From Octopus sinensis (Eukaryota): DNA of 64,000 nt. The notes beneath the pieces are model-generated. The model saw only the letters and a list, made by a program, of their open reading frames with translations. It ran no database searches and was not told the DNA's origin. Shown one piece after another: positions 12,700-26,985 of the stretch. Position numbers and translations under genes: made by a program. The stretch lies in NCBI RefSeq assembly GCF_006345805.1, contig NC_043009.1, positions 38,440,001 through 38,504,000 on the forward strand, written 5' to 3'. Position 1 is the first letter of the stretch. The number at the start of each line of letters is the position of its first letter.

Positions 12700-12845
12700 C
12701 ATCTATCCATTGCATCCTTTGCCCCCACCTCTTGATCTCCTATTCTCTACTCTTCCTTCCATGATAATGTTTTCAAGACCTCTGCTTCTTTGAATATGAC
12801 CATAATCTTTATATTTTCTTTTGTCTCCTGTTAATGTAATTAATA
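12700..12845 (-). mobile_element. RTE LINE C-terminal remnant
   Basis: KRKYKDYGHIQRSRGLENIIMEGRVENRRSRG resembles RTE yfGHi-R---lek-imeGkveg-r-rGr. Confidence 0.7.
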
Positions 12846-13065
12846 ATTTACAATAATAATTTAGTGATATGTGCACTATATGTGTTATGTCTACAAAATA
12901 TCTTAAACCCATTTTAGAAGATTCTGTTTATTTTACACAAATACCTAATTTAGCGACGTTGGTATGTCTGCTAGTATTTATAATTGTAAGCATATTTGTG
13001 TGCATGCGTACGCGCATGTGTAGGGTGCATCGAGTGTATGTGAATATTTAAGTTTATAAATATAT

Positions 13066-13264
13066 ATCAGAGTGTGCTGAAAACTTTCTGGCTTTAAGGG
13101 TGTCGCGAAAGGCCTGGCTGTTAAGCTCAACCTTCTGAGGTCTTTTACTGGTCTTAGAAAAATTGAAGGCCGCTGCAATAAGTATGCGAATCTGAGAGCG
13201 GAATATATGAACTGATGCTCCTGTATTTTCTTTTATCCAAAGTCAGGAACTTTTCAGCGCCCCC
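13066..13264. mobile_element. Mariner-type MITE, decayed; inverse orientation to 56024-56241
   Basis: TIR-like gtgctgaaaactttctggcttt / aaagtcaggaacttttcagcgcccc; interior is homologous to the 56 kb copy. Confidence 0.75.
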
Positions 13265-13490
13265 AGTCCATAAACACACACATACATATACATACGTGAT
13301 CACACACACACCTGCACGCAACACACACTCACGCACACACGCACGCAGACACACACATATAGTGTATGTTTTGTGTACAGTTAGATGTACGACAATTACT
13401 GTTGATTCTACGGCTCCACATATATTTTCTTCTCCCAGTCTGCTTTCAGCATAGAGCTAGGTTTCCTTTTATACTCCTTAGTATCACTGC

Positions 13491-13825
13491 TGTGAAGGCG
13501 CATGGCTCAGTGATTAGAGCGTCGAGCTTACGATCGTGAGGTTGTGAGCTCGAATACGGGACTGAGCTGCGTGTTGTGTTCTTGGACAAGACACTATATT
13601 TCACGTTGCTCCAGTTCACTCAACTGTAGAAATGAATTGCGACGTCACAGATGCCAAGCTGTATCGGCCTTTGCCTTTCCCTTGGATAACACTGGTGGTG
13701 TGCAGGGGGGAGGCTGGTATGCATGGGCGACTGCTGGTCTTCCATAAACAACCTTGCCTGGACTTGTGCCTGGGATGGTAACTTTCTAGTTGCAATCCCA
13801 TAGTCTGTGTCGTAACCGAAGTGAG
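13491..13825 (+). mobile_element. SINE family B (tRNA head plus CORE-like domain)
   Basis: tgtgaaggcgcatggctcagtg...; gtgttgtgttcttggacaagacact; homologous to 29170-29505. Confidence 0.85.
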
Positions 13826-14174
13826 CGGGGGGGGGGTGTCTGAGTATCACTGGTTATGATATGCAGTGCATAAATAAAAATTAATTTTAACTTCCAATGG
13901 AAGAGGGAGATGTTGTGGTGAGAATCATTGACACACTTAGAGGATTGAAGAATAGAATAGCCGAACACTTGTAAAGTGTAATGGTCGATAGTAGTAAAGG
14001 AGAGTGTTTTGGTACTTTTCATGGTTTAATCACTTGTGATTCAGTTGCTGGTAGGTTATCTTTTGTAGAAGGTTCTCTCTAACGGGTTTTCTTATCGTTG
14101 AAACTGTTGAGCTGTTGTTGACTGGTTGTTGTGCTATTTACCTTGTTTTTGTTTTCTTCCCAATTTGGGGGCGA

Positions 14175-14880
14175 AAGTAGGGTTGGACTGTGGAGGCGGA
14201 GCAGGCGCCCGAGACGTCTCGAGCCGAGAGCTAAGCTTCTGTAGCAGGTCACTGAAGGTGTTACAGCCACCGTTGGCCTACTGGAAGTGGAGGTGGTGCA
14301 GGTGGATTTGGAAATTTTAAAGAGAAACAAGGATTTAATTGAGAGAGAGGGGTCAAGGCTAAAGTTGACTGTCCCACCCCTCATGGAGATGTTACAAAAA
14401 TGAAAAGTAAGAAAATGGTGGTTTACAGAATGCTGTCAGTCAAGAGCAAGAAAATAGAGATGGCAAGCGAAGAAGCCACAGAGGAGTGCCTGAAAGAAAT
14501 CAGGAATGACGTCCAGTCATTTTGTAGCGGAAGAAGGTTCGATACAGTGGAAGTGCGTTTCGCTACCCTAGAATATGAAATAAAGCACTCCGCTACACCA
14601 TTGAGAACGTAGGAATGGACACACCTACCGACCTATCTCGGCAAACGTGTGGCGAGAGTAAGAATTAGCAGGGTGACCCCTGATATCGGTGAGATGTGGT
14701 TGTTTGAAGCAATTTTGGCGGGGACAAATGAGGAACCAAAAATAATGCAAGTGACAAGGACAAAAGTGTTGGGGCTCTGACCTAGAACTTGTAATCCAGG
14801 CCACCCCACAAAACTTCGAAGAAATAGTGGAGAAAATTGAGCTACCCAAAGAAGTGAAGCTGCGAGTGGTAGTGGAGTTA
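14175..14880 (+). mobile_element. Probable 5' UTR plus ORF1 fragment of an L1/Tx1-like LINE, 3' truncated by a SINE
   Basis: CpG-rich leader, then GRRFDTVEVRFAT...PTYLGKRVARVRISRV-PDI..., with stops and frameshifts. Family assignment is by recollection of ORF1 RRM-like motifs only. Confidence 0.5.
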
Positions 14881-15125
14881 TGCACTGGGGTCGATATAAT
14901 CGACTTAATCCGTTTGCCTGCCCTTGTTTGTCCTCTCTGTGTTTAGCCCTGTGGGTAGTAAAGTAATAGGTATTTCGTCTGCCGCTACGTTCTGAGTTCA
15001 AATTCCGCCGAGGTCAACTTTGCCTTTTATCTTTTCAGGGTTGATAAATTAAGTACCGGTGAAACACTGGGATCGATGTAATTGACTATCCCCCTCCCCC
15101 AAATTTCAGGCCTTGTGCCAATAGT
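14878..15125 (+). mobile_element. SINE family C (tail unit plus second unit)
   Basis: gcactggggtcgatataatcgacttaatccg...ttctgagttcaaattccgccgaggtcaactttgcc... Confidence 0.85.
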
Positions 15126-15675
15126 AGAAAGGATATATGTATATATGTATGGATGTATGTATGTATATATGTATGTATAATCTTTTTCTCTTACTTGGCA
15201 GCAAGGGTGTAATGGAAAACATCTTGTTTCAACAATCACCCTTTAAATCTTATGGTTTTCAGATTTTCATAGTCACAGATATCATAATCCTTTATAGCAT
15301 ATAGATTAAGCATTTGCGTACTCTTCCCAAGCTCCCAAGATCAGACATGCTTTGCTCCAGACGCGTTGGTATGTACCCCTTTGCTCCAATAATAATAAGT
15401 ATTAAGCTGAAAGTGCATCTTGGGTAGTGGCTTTGAAAACTCCTTATTGACGGTTCATAGATGTACTCTTTCCCTTGTATTTTTCTAATCTCATTGGTAC
15501 CAAGAGGGCAGCTGATTTCTACAGTCGAACATGTCTTTTCTTTGTGCTTTGAAAGAACAATACCTTGCCTATTGTATTTTAACTTAGTGGCTGTTTAATT
15601 TTAAGTGCCACCAATATTCTTTATGGTCAACGTCGGCAGTAGGTGTTTCCCTTATTGTCTGTCTGTCCGTCCGTA

Positions 15676-15760
15676 GTATGTATGTATGTATGTATGTATG
15701 TATGTATGTATGTATGTATGTATGTATGTATGTATGTATGTATGTATGTATGTATGTATG

Positions 15761-15822
<62 letters not shown>
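15676..15822. repeat. (GTAT)n(CTAT)n compound microsatellite
   Basis: Direct reading. Confidence 0.96.
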
Positions 15823-15823
<1 letters not shown>

Positions 15824-17324
15824 GATTAATCACCACAGAAACTGTTAATGCTAAAAAGGAATCTTTATATGCAGCTTAATGTGGATATTTTGTTTAGAAC
15901 ACTGAACACTGCCTTATTAACTCAGAGTGGATCTTCCATGTGGGCGTATGGTGGATAAAAGAACTCATTTAACTTTGCCAGATGAGAATCGTCTGCAACA
16001 GATGCCGGATCTGCCAGGTCACATGGTCTCTGATACCTGCTTCATATGACTTGCGTCTGTTGCCATCTATTATTTTTTAATAAACCAGGTTCTTTGCGAC
16101 ATCAGGATATGAAAAGACACTGAAATTCTGTATACATTTGAAAGAGAGATTCGACTATTATGCCTCTACCGGACGTTTTGCTATCGAAGAACACTTCATG
16201 CATTAGGATCTCGTTAATTTTAGTCGTCCTTCATTCTCGTAAGTTCGGACTAATTTTTGTGTTTGGGGATTATGGCAATTACATATATTGACATTATTTG
16301 ATTGACTTCATGGATAATCTCATTTGGCTTGGATAATTCATAAGGGTTTCTAGTTTTGGGACGTTTTGTGGCAACCACACACACACATACACACATATAC
16401 ATACACATGCATATACACACACGTGAGTTAATAGCATCAACCGAACAAAAGTACTGTGAACAACAAAGTAGAACATTAATTATTAATTTAATTAGGTTAA
16501 ATGAAGCCACCACTAGCAACTACAAACGATTATTAGTTTTATTGCGTTAAGGCGCCATACTCATTACGAACGCACTGCAAAGTAGAGGGATACCCGCGGT
16601 AATACCAGTGAAATAACATCTCACTCTATAACCTTCAACGCTGTATTGACTCACCAAATTATCTTTTATTAATATTTTTGTGTCGAAATTTTTTGTGTCA
16701 AAACTTTTGTGTCAAACTTCTGTTCCTGTAGCAAGTATGCAGATGGCTCTCCTTAACATGATCTCTTGGCTGTGAATTGTCTTGATATGCTTTTGACATA
16801 ATTGCAGAAAACTCAAGATTTAACGCTTGTGGTGTCAAAGTAAGTTGAAAATTCGACTTGTATTGCTGTCTGTTTATAGTATTAGTTGTGAAGTTCATTC
16901 CAGCGTAGCGACCTCAGGAACTGCATGTCTCCCACTGCATGGTAACTATTTGAAGTTGCCTGCGTTGCTTTCAGGGTTTCAGACGACATAATTACATACA
17001 TACGCGTGAGTGCATATCTGCATCTAGCGCTCACGCTGGCCCCAGCTGAGACGAATTTTCGCCTCTGATATTCACAGAGTTTTTAATACACCAAGTCTAT
17101 GAGAAATATTATCTCGAGCTAAGTAAGGCAGTAACTGGGCTACCGATCGTGTTTGTACATACAGTATGATACCTAGCTCTCTCTCTCTCCCCTCTACCTA
17201 CCTACCTACCTTCATACCTACCAACCTACCTGCCTGTCAGTCTGTATGTATGTCTGTCTATCTGTTTGTATATATGTATGTATATATGACTGTTTGTCTA
17301 TCTATCTTCCTACTTACCTACAAG

Positions 17325-17551
<227 letters not shown>

Positions 17552-17660
17552 AGCGAAGTCGTTTGTACGTCGTTTGGTTCTGCATAATAAGATAGAGAGA
17601 TATGAAAAGTAATATGGCTGGCGTTAGGAAGAGCCTTATGCATCAGCACGGTCTCGGTGG

Positions 17661-17727
<67 letters not shown>

Positions 17728-17876
17728 CATATTGACAGGTACATCCCCAGATGGATGACTGGCAAAGTTGGAATTTCTACGGAATTTAAACTCAGAACAG
17801 AAGATCCGCAAGAAATATCGCAAAGGCATTTTTTCTAATGCTGCAACGATTCTGCAAGCTCGCTGCCTCATCTTAC

Positions 17877-17931
<55 letters not shown>

Positions 17932-18656
17932 CGAAACTCATTTGAATAAACTCCGAGAAAGCTGTTAAACTATTATATATACTTACAGAATACATTTCGT
18001 TTTAGCACTTTCCCGCCTTCTTCCCGCCTTCTCTGACGTTTTCTTTCTTCCCGTTTCTCCTATTATTATTTCAGTATTAGCAAGAATCGGATATCAACAG
18101 TTTTGTTTAATTATTTACGACTTTTGAAAATTGCACCAATTTTTAATACATTATGGCTGAATATAATGTTACTGAGTCCATAATAAAATAATCATATTTA
18201 TTCTTTAGTAGTCTTTCATTTGTCAGCATATTGCTTCGTTATCATCATTCTTAAAGCAAAAAATAACAACTAACTAGTTCTCTCTTTCTCCCTCTGTTTT
18301 TTTTTGTTTTTTTTTTGGTATTTATTTTCTTTATTTCTCACCTTTTAATACCTTCAGGGATAACGATATTTTTCTTCGAAGATTTCCAGAATTGGTTAGA
18401 TTCTCACATTCTTAACAGAACAGGTGGTTTAAAATTACTTGTTCTCAAACTAGAGATAGAAAATAAATAAATAAATGTAAACAAAACAACAACAACAACA
18501 ACAACAAAACAAGCTTCCAAGGAAAACTGTATTTTGCGGGAAAATAAGATAAAAAAAAATATTAAAAATAAAAAAAAAAGATCTAACTGAAAACTATGTT
18601 GCAATATTTTTGTTTCAAACCTTTGAAAAACGATGAAAAAATAAACACACACACTC

Positions 18657-18772
18657 ACATACATACATACATACATACACACATACATACATACATACAT
18701 ACATACATACATACATACATACATACATACATACATACATACATACATACATACATACATACATACATACAT
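18657..18772. repeat. (ACAT)n microsatellite
   Basis: Direct reading. Confidence 0.96.
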
Positions 18773-19458
18773 AAATGTATGCATTAAATATATATATATA
18801 TATATTTACATATACATGTATGTGTACAATAAATGTTTGCTTATATATTTATATATATATGTATGTATATAACTGTACGTATGTGTGTATGTATTCATGT
18901 ATACGTATATGCACTTATTTATTTCAACTGTGCAGGATAAATATTTTTCGTAAATAATTAGATTCCTTGGCTCAATTTCATCTTTCTTTTATGCAGAAAT
19001 ATTCCACAATCTCCTAATTGCACGTTATTTTATGTCAGAGAAGATGAAGTTAGGAAAAAACTACACAAAGTAATACAAAAATATTACGCACACACACACA
19101 CACACACACACAGATGCATACACACATACGCCCACATAAACACACAGATTTATATGCACGTATATACACTATATATACACTCAACGATATGAGCACTCAC
19201 ATATGAACGTACACAACATCCCTGTGTGAGAATGTGAGTTTCTGTGCTCTTCTTCTTTTTTTTCATTGCAGATGCTGTTGTATGTAACGTATGAAAAAAA
19301 AAAAACATTCGTAGTAAAACATAATATTGAAATTTACACATCATCGCCAAGAGAGTATATATATATATATTCATGCATATCGCTATATTCGTAGATATAT
19401 GATCAAATTTACATCTGTACAAACACACACATACAAACACACACACACACACACACGC

Positions 19459-19495
<37 letters not shown>

Positions 19496-19626
19496 TTCGC
19501 AAAGGACACACTCTCACACGCGTTAATACACCACTTGAAAGCACAGGCATAATTCTCTCCAGAAATCAGTAATATACTTCTTTATCCATCTGCTATTACT
19601 CATATATGCATATATATATATGTATT

Positions 19627-19670
<44 letters not shown>

Positions 19671-20641
19671 GGCGTGTGTGTGGGAGTGTAGGTATGTGTG
19701 TGCATATATGTATATATATATATATATATATACAGACGCACATTGTATCTATCTATCTATAAACGCGTGTTTATATACTTAAATATCTATATATGTGTAC
19801 GCATATATATGTATATATATATATATACATATATATATATGCATATATATATAAATCCATGAATATATATACGTGTATATGTATGTATTTATGTATGTAT
19901 GTATGTATGTATGTATGTATGTATGTATGATTGTATGTATGTATGTATGTATGTATGTATGTATGCACGTATGTATGTATGTACGTATGTATGTATGTAT
20001 GAATGTATGTATGTATGTACGTATGAATGTATGTATGTATGTATGAATGTATGTATGTATGCACGTACATATGAATGTATGTATGTATACACAAAGACAC
20101 TCATGTCTACGTGTGTGCTCATATATTTTAAAGCAGATGTGCAGAATCGTTACAAGTGTAAATGAAGAAAACAGGTTAGAGAGCTGAAACTAAATTAATA
20201 TACAAAATGATTCATAAATAAACAAGCTGGGCAAAACTAACATCGATTCATCTTTTGTGTATTAGTGTACGAGTGGTACGTACGTATATGTATATGCATG
20301 TTCACACACACACATGTATATACATGCCTGTGTGTATACACACACACAAACACACACACAAACACATATATATATATGTATATATGTGTATATATATATA
20401 TATATTAATATATTTAATTAGATATGTATGTTTATGTATGTGTGTGAGAGTGTGCATCGATGCATCTTTTGTGTATTTCTGTGTGTGGTGAATATATATA
20501 CACAGATGTATATATACACAGATGTGTATATATATAAACATATATATATATATATAGATATATGCTTATATACTTATATATACATCTAGTCAGAAGGGGA
20601 GAGAAAGAGAGAGAGATAGAAAGAGATAAAAAGTGTGTGGA

Positions 20642-20680
<39 letters not shown>

Positions 20681-21837
20681 GCATAATATGCACGTGTGTA
20701 TTCACAAACGCTCATACACACACATACACACACACTTTTATATACGCATATTCTATATACACGATCGTAGATATTTATGCATTATTATGAACATAGTGAT
20801 GTGTATGAATCGACATATGAATATTTATCAAACTATATGTATATATATATATACTTATATATGTGTCCATTTCCACACACACACACACCCGCACACACAC
20901 ACGCATATATATATATACATATGTATACAAATAAGTATATATTCATACACATATGCAGAACATAAACACGCACGCACAAACACACACCAATACATTTTGC
21001 TATATAGACTCACGCACACACATATACATGTATGCGCTTGTATATATATTTTTGCTTTGCTTGTGCGTGTGTGTATACGTTATTTACATATTAATTTATA
21101 TTTCATTATCTAGTGTGTAATTACATATATATATACTTTCTCTTTGCTTTGGACCAATAACTTAGATAAACTATATAATTATCAAGTCTTACAAAGGTAA
21201 TTTTTTTCCTTGTTTTGGGTCTTTAATGAAATCTTTATATAAAGAAGACAAAAAATAGACGAAAATTGTTTGACCCCAAAATAGAATGTCATAGGAATGG
21301 ACAGGTTAATGAGTGCTAGGTGATTTTATCATTTAAATGTACATAGAAAAAAAAATTGATATCTAGAACTGGATCCTTCGTCTATTTCGATGATGAACAT
21401 TCAACAATCATAATTACTGAATATCGCGTAATCATGAAACGAACATATAAATTGGTTATATACTCGTCAAACACGTGTACTTATAATGTAATTGTTGTGT
21501 TAGTGTGGCTGAATGTGAAAAAAGCAGGCCCTTAATTTACATGTAAAACCCAGAAAGAATGAGGAAGAGAGACAAAGGGAAGAGTGAGACAGAGCGAGGA
21601 AATTGTGCTAGTTCTGCGCTAGTATTTTATCGGGCCGCAAACGGATGTAAGAAAAAGATGTCCTCAGTGTAATTTGAAGTCAGAACCACAAAGTTTTCAG
21701 GAGGTTTTCCTAGCTGACACACTAATGAATCTGCCAATTCGCTTCGCTGCGTCATGCTATTCTACCTTGAGACAATCTGAATCATATGTCGACAGATAGT
21801 TCCATAAATATTCATATTTTCAATGAATATGTATATG

Positions 21838-21942
<105 letters not shown>

Positions 21943-21979
21943 TTTTCTTTCTTTTTGTCTGTCTCTCTACCTGTTTATA

Positions 21980-22070
<91 letters not shown>

Positions 22071-22094
22071 TTGTCTGTCTCTCTACCTGTTTAT

Positions 22095-22126
<32 letters not shown>

Positions 22127-22519
22127 ATATATATATATATATATATATCTATACACGAACAAACGCATTTAAATACAAATATTTGTTTATATTATTGAAT
22201 CGAAGCATTTATGAATAAGTTACACAAATATTCATATAAATATAATTAAGGAGAAAGCAGAACTATAGTGAATGGTAGTCTTTCACAAATAGGTAGACAT
22301 CAGAGATTTATTTCATATGCAAGATTGTAATTGAGAAGAAAGAAGAAACTTCAAGGTAATCCTTTACAGCTGTTTCAGTAATACGGTGACAAATAAATAT
22401 ATTAATGTACATTATGCATATATAGTTAAGTATTAAACTGGTTTTAACAAATAAGTATGAAATAAGTCAATTGTATGTGATGCGTCTAGTCTCTTCTTCA
22501 GAGAGAATATATATTTATA

Positions 22520-22554
<35 letters not shown>

Positions 22555-23294
22555 GTATATATTAATAAAAACGGTAAAATAACAAAAGAAAGAAAGAGAC
22601 ATCGATAGTATGTAAATAGAGGAATTTATCTGTAAATGTAATTTGTGACAATTATTCGGTAGCCATGATAAAACTCCGAGCTTCGGAGTTTAATATTTGT
22701 ATATAATTCCTCAACCGTGTCACGACAGACGTGCGTTTCTCAGACAATTCTTTTTCCTTCTCTCTGAACTTTTTCTTCTTTTCTCTTTCGTCGTAGAGTC
22801 GTGCCCGAAACGTCACCTCATCTCATTTTCCATATTAAGCTTTCTCTGAGCGTGAATCTAATATATTAACTGTGTACGTCCTTTTGACTTTTTAACTATT
22901 ATTTGCCTAAAAATACATACATACTTACATGCATACATAAACGCAAACACACACATTGTTTACATATGTACATTGTTTCATATATATATTGTATATTGTT
23001 TATTGTTTCATAGGACGTGGCATAAATCGTTTTTAGCAGTAAAACCCAAAGTAGATACAGTTGTGTGCAAATACTGTGTTGGAAATCTTAAATGGAAAAA
23101 AAGTCGAAGAGTGCCTATAGGACTCGAACTCACATCTTTCGTAAACATGACGGTCTTTTTACCGTCGTACCATAGTAAACCTTCGATATTATTCATAGCC
23201 TTATCTACTTAAAGTTCCGCCGTTGAAAACGATATGCATGGATGTGTGTATGTGCATTTGTGTGTGTGTGTATATTAGTTTGTGTTTGTGTATA

Positions 23295-23545
23295 CTCTCT
23301 TTTACTTGTTTCAGTCATTTGACTGTGGCCATGCTGGAGCACCTCCTTTAGTCGAGCAAATCGACCCCAGGACTTATTCTTTGTAAGCCTAGTACTTATT
23401 CTATTGGTCTCTTTTTCCCGAACCGCTAAGTTGCACAGACACACAAACATATACACACATACATACATACATACATACAACATACATACATACATACATA
23501 CATACACCATACATACATACATACATACATACATACATACATACA

Positions 23546-23611
<66 letters not shown>

Positions 23612-23780
23612 ATATATATGACGGGCTTCTTTCAGTTTCTGTCTATCAAATCCACTCACAAGACTTTGGTCGGCCCGAGGCTATAGTAGAGGACACTTGA
23701 CCAAGGTGCCAAGCAGTGGGACCGAACCCGAACCAAGTGGCTGGCAAGTAAGCTATTTACCACACAGCCACTCCTGCGCC
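23295..23780 (-). mobile_element. SINE family D, near full length, internal microsatellite expansion
   Basis: Minus-strand head ggcgcaggagtggctgtgtggtaa...gggttcggtccc, CORE-like gcaccttggtcaagtgtc, tail ...ccagcatggccacagtcaaatgactgaaacaagtaaaagagag. Confidence 0.88.
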
Positions 23781-24365
23781 AATAATGTGAATATGATGTT
23801 TAGTATTGCGTTTGATATACTCCAGTATGCTTATGGGAAATGTTTTCTTCACCGTCTTTCTTTTTCTATATAATCACAGCATCTTAAACTCACGGTGATA
23901 TCACGAGTATCTATTTTCCAATTCCCACTTCTCGTAGAAATGAGAACCATCGAGACGGTGGGGTTGACGGCTCTAGACATTTTGAAACCATTTGGCTAAA
24001 TCGAAACGCACATTCTTCAGACGAAAATCTGAAGAATTTGTATTTTTGTCATCCTCTGTTGAAGTATATAAATATACATTGAACTTTACATTTTAGTGAT
24101 GTTGTTGATGATGCTGGTATAGATGTGGCTGCTGACGGAGATGGCGGTTTTATGAATGGTGGTGGTGATGGTGGTGTGTTGGTGGTTGTAATGGTATTGT
24201 GGAGATGTGCTGACCTTTCTGGTAATATAGAAATTTCTGTATTATGGTTTGTTCAGTTGTTTGATGACCATAATTTGTTGCCTTTATCTTCAACAAGGAG
24301 GGAACTCTATATGGTAGATACATACATGCATACATACACGCATTTATCTATATATGTATATGTAC

Positions 24366-24421
<56 letters not shown>

Positions 24422-24525
24422 TATATATATATGTATGTATGTATGTATTTATGTATGCATATATATATATACTTACACACAAATGCATACATAGATGTAT
24501 ACACACATACCTATATATGTTTCTT

Positions 24526-24579
<54 letters not shown>

Positions 24580-24650
24580 ATATATATATGTATATAAAGA
24601 GGAAGAGAAAGAAAGAGAAAGAGAGAGACACACACACTTATATATATATG

Positions 24651-24722
24651 CGAAATACTACATATCAGCACTTATGTATATATATATATATATATACATA
24701 AGTGCTGATATGTAGTATTTCG
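24651..24722. repeat. Perfect 72 bp palindrome with (TA)10 centre
   Basis: cgaaatactacatatcagcacttatg-(ta)10-cataagtgctgatatgtagtatttcg. Confidence 0.95.
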
Positions 24723-24809
24723 TATTTTGCTGAAGGTACAAAAGCTACATCAGAAACGCAAAAATAAAATAAAAAAAAAAGCCACTGGAGACACTAAACT
24801 GAAGAAAAC

Positions 24810-25060
24810 TGCCATTTTCTCTGCGAAAGAATTAACAATCCTCCCCAAAGATGTCACTAGAGGAAAGGTCAAAATAATTAAATTATTAACGTCTAAGATA
24901 ATCTTTAACAGAATGGGAAGGAACAACTCATGAGATATTGTCCAACAAGTTTAAACAACGTGTAATAAGCAGAGCGCCTGCAGATATGATATGTTGGCAA
25001 ATTGTCTGGGAATTGCAATTGTTTGCGAAACCTAAATTAAGAATCTTTGCAGGTGCCGGG
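24810..25060 (+). mobile_element. Possible R4-like LINE reverse transcriptase fragment, heavily decayed
   Basis: TILPKD...IIKLLTSKIIFNRM resembles R4 RT T-LiPK...iyKLLTsIisnRm. Confidence 0.4.
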
Positions 25061-25704
25061 AATATGCGACAAATAGAGTCGTTGGAAAATGTCATAAGAT
25101 ATATCAACAAGATCAATAAAATCTCGGAATTCCATATTAGATAGAAATAGTTGCGCTAGTTTAGTTGATGTTGCAGTTGTCATCATCATCCCCTATTATT
25201 AATATATACGAGTTTAGCTCAATGCTAGAAGCTATGGGCAACAATGCTAAACGATAAAATTGGATTCATGCATTATTATTATTTTTTTTTTTGTTTCTGT
25301 GTTTGATTTTTCTCTCTTCCTCTGGTAAATTTCCACCTAAATGTGCGCCATAGATGAAATTGAATTCTGTGTGACAAACACATTAAAATTATGCAACCTG
25401 CTATGCCTTATTAACAAACAAACTTCGATCTTCTCTGGCAAGTAAGTATTGTCATTGTAGGAAATAAACCCACGTGCAAACTAGTTTAGTTATGAGGTAA
25501 CACAATGAAGTAGAGAATGGATCTATCACTGTTATAATGCCCCAATTCAATTCTCTATAGAAATAATTTTCTCTAAGTGCAAACACCCAGGTGTACGTAT
25601 TTTGATAAGATTTAGCATTTACAATAGATGTATAAACAGCAGGATATATTTCTCCTTACTTTTATTCATTATAAAAATTTTCTTTAAGTTGGCAAGCTGG
25701 CAGA

Positions 25705-26290
25705 ATTCTGCTTCGGAAAAAAAAATGCCAGGCGGCATTTGCTTCAGCACTTTGCGTTTGAGTTCAAATCTCGCCGAAGTCAACTTTGTGTTTCATCCGT
25801 CCGGGGCGATAACATAAACAATCAGTTAGGTCTTGGGTTCGATGATATCGACATGGTGGAAGCACTCCGTCGGTTACGACGACGAGGGTTCCGGTTGATC
25901 CGATCAACGGAACAGCCTGCTCGTGAAATTAACGTGTAAGTGGCTGAGCACTCCACAGACACGTGTACCCTTAACGTAGTTCTCGGGGATATTCAGCGTG
26001 ACACAGAGAGTGACAAGGCCGGCCCTTTGAAATACAGGTACAACAGAAACAGGAAGTAAGAGTGAGAGAAAGTTGTGGTGAAAGGGTACAGCAGGGATCA
26101 CCACCATCCCTGCCGGAGCCTCGTGGAGCTTTAGGTGTTTTCGCTCAATAAACACTTACAACGCCCGGTCTGGGAATCGAAACCGCGATCCTACGACCGC
26201 GAGTCTGCTGCCCTAACCAGTGGGCCATTGCGCCTCCACGATATCGACATATCCCTCCCCTCAAAGTGACTGGCCTTGTGCCTTATTCAG
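25705..26290 (+). mobile_element. Old SINE family C copy interrupted by SINE A
   Basis: gctggcagaa...gagttcaaatctcgccgaagtcaactttg...; resumes after 26240 with tccctcccctcaaagtgactggccttgtgcc. Confidence 0.6.
25855..26239 (-). mobile_element. SINE family A, full length, 11 bp TSD
   Basis: Reverse complement of family A; TSD gatatcgacat at 25844-25854 and 26240-26250. Confidence 0.93.
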
Positions 26291-26728
26291 AAAGCATAAA
26301 GGTGCTGGGTTTGGCAGAAATATTACAGCGCCGAACGAAATACCTTCCGCTAGTTGTTCCGTCTATTTGAAAATCATTCTGGTTTCAAATCGTACTGAGG
26401 TTAACTCTCACTGTCCCGCAGTCGATAAAATAAAATACCGATCAATTACTTGAATCGATGGCATCTAATAATACCCTCTCTTTAAAATTGTTGGCCGCGT
26501 TTCGAAATCGGAAATCACGATAAAGGTATTCTTTGTTTTCTTTGCTTCATCTACAAAATATGGCTGCCACATCTAGATCGAATGCATTCATCCCATCGTC
26601 TTATACACATTAGGTAGTGTGTGTCTAGATACCCGACCCACAATTCCTACAGGACTGTCATGGATGGAATGAAATGCTTTTCATCCTGTCATAGGTTGTT
26701 CAGTCAAGGTTGATCCGGACAACTTTTG

Positions 26729-26782
<54 letters not shown>

Positions 26783-26785
26783 TCT

Positions 26786-26819
<34 letters not shown>

Positions 26820-26928
26820 TATATATATACCGGAGTAAGCACATAAATGTGAAACAAGGTGGAAAAAAGAGTACTCAAATACCAGAGGTAGAGTAATACG
26901 CTTTATTTAAAAGCAGCAGAAATATAAC

Positions 26929-26975
26929 AAAACCTGTTACTCAGAGTTTCATGTTCCCATTCGTCGGACAGTTTT
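26929..26975 (-). ncRNA. Minimal type I hammerhead motif (left arm; core U4 to C)
   Basis: AAAA-CUGU-CCGACGA-AUG-ggaa-CAU-GAAA-CU-cug-AG-UA-ACAG-g-UUUU. Confidence 0.65.
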
Positions 26976-26985
26976 GTTTAAAAAA

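Noticed and set aside
15345-15380. Possible micro-exon ctccag|ACGCGTTG|gtatgt
   Set aside because: Such motifs arise by chance and cannot be supported without transcripts.
18009-18040. Two TTCCCGCC (E2F-like) sites and TGACGT
   Set aside because: Explained by a 12 bp tandem slip; no promoter context or nearby gene.
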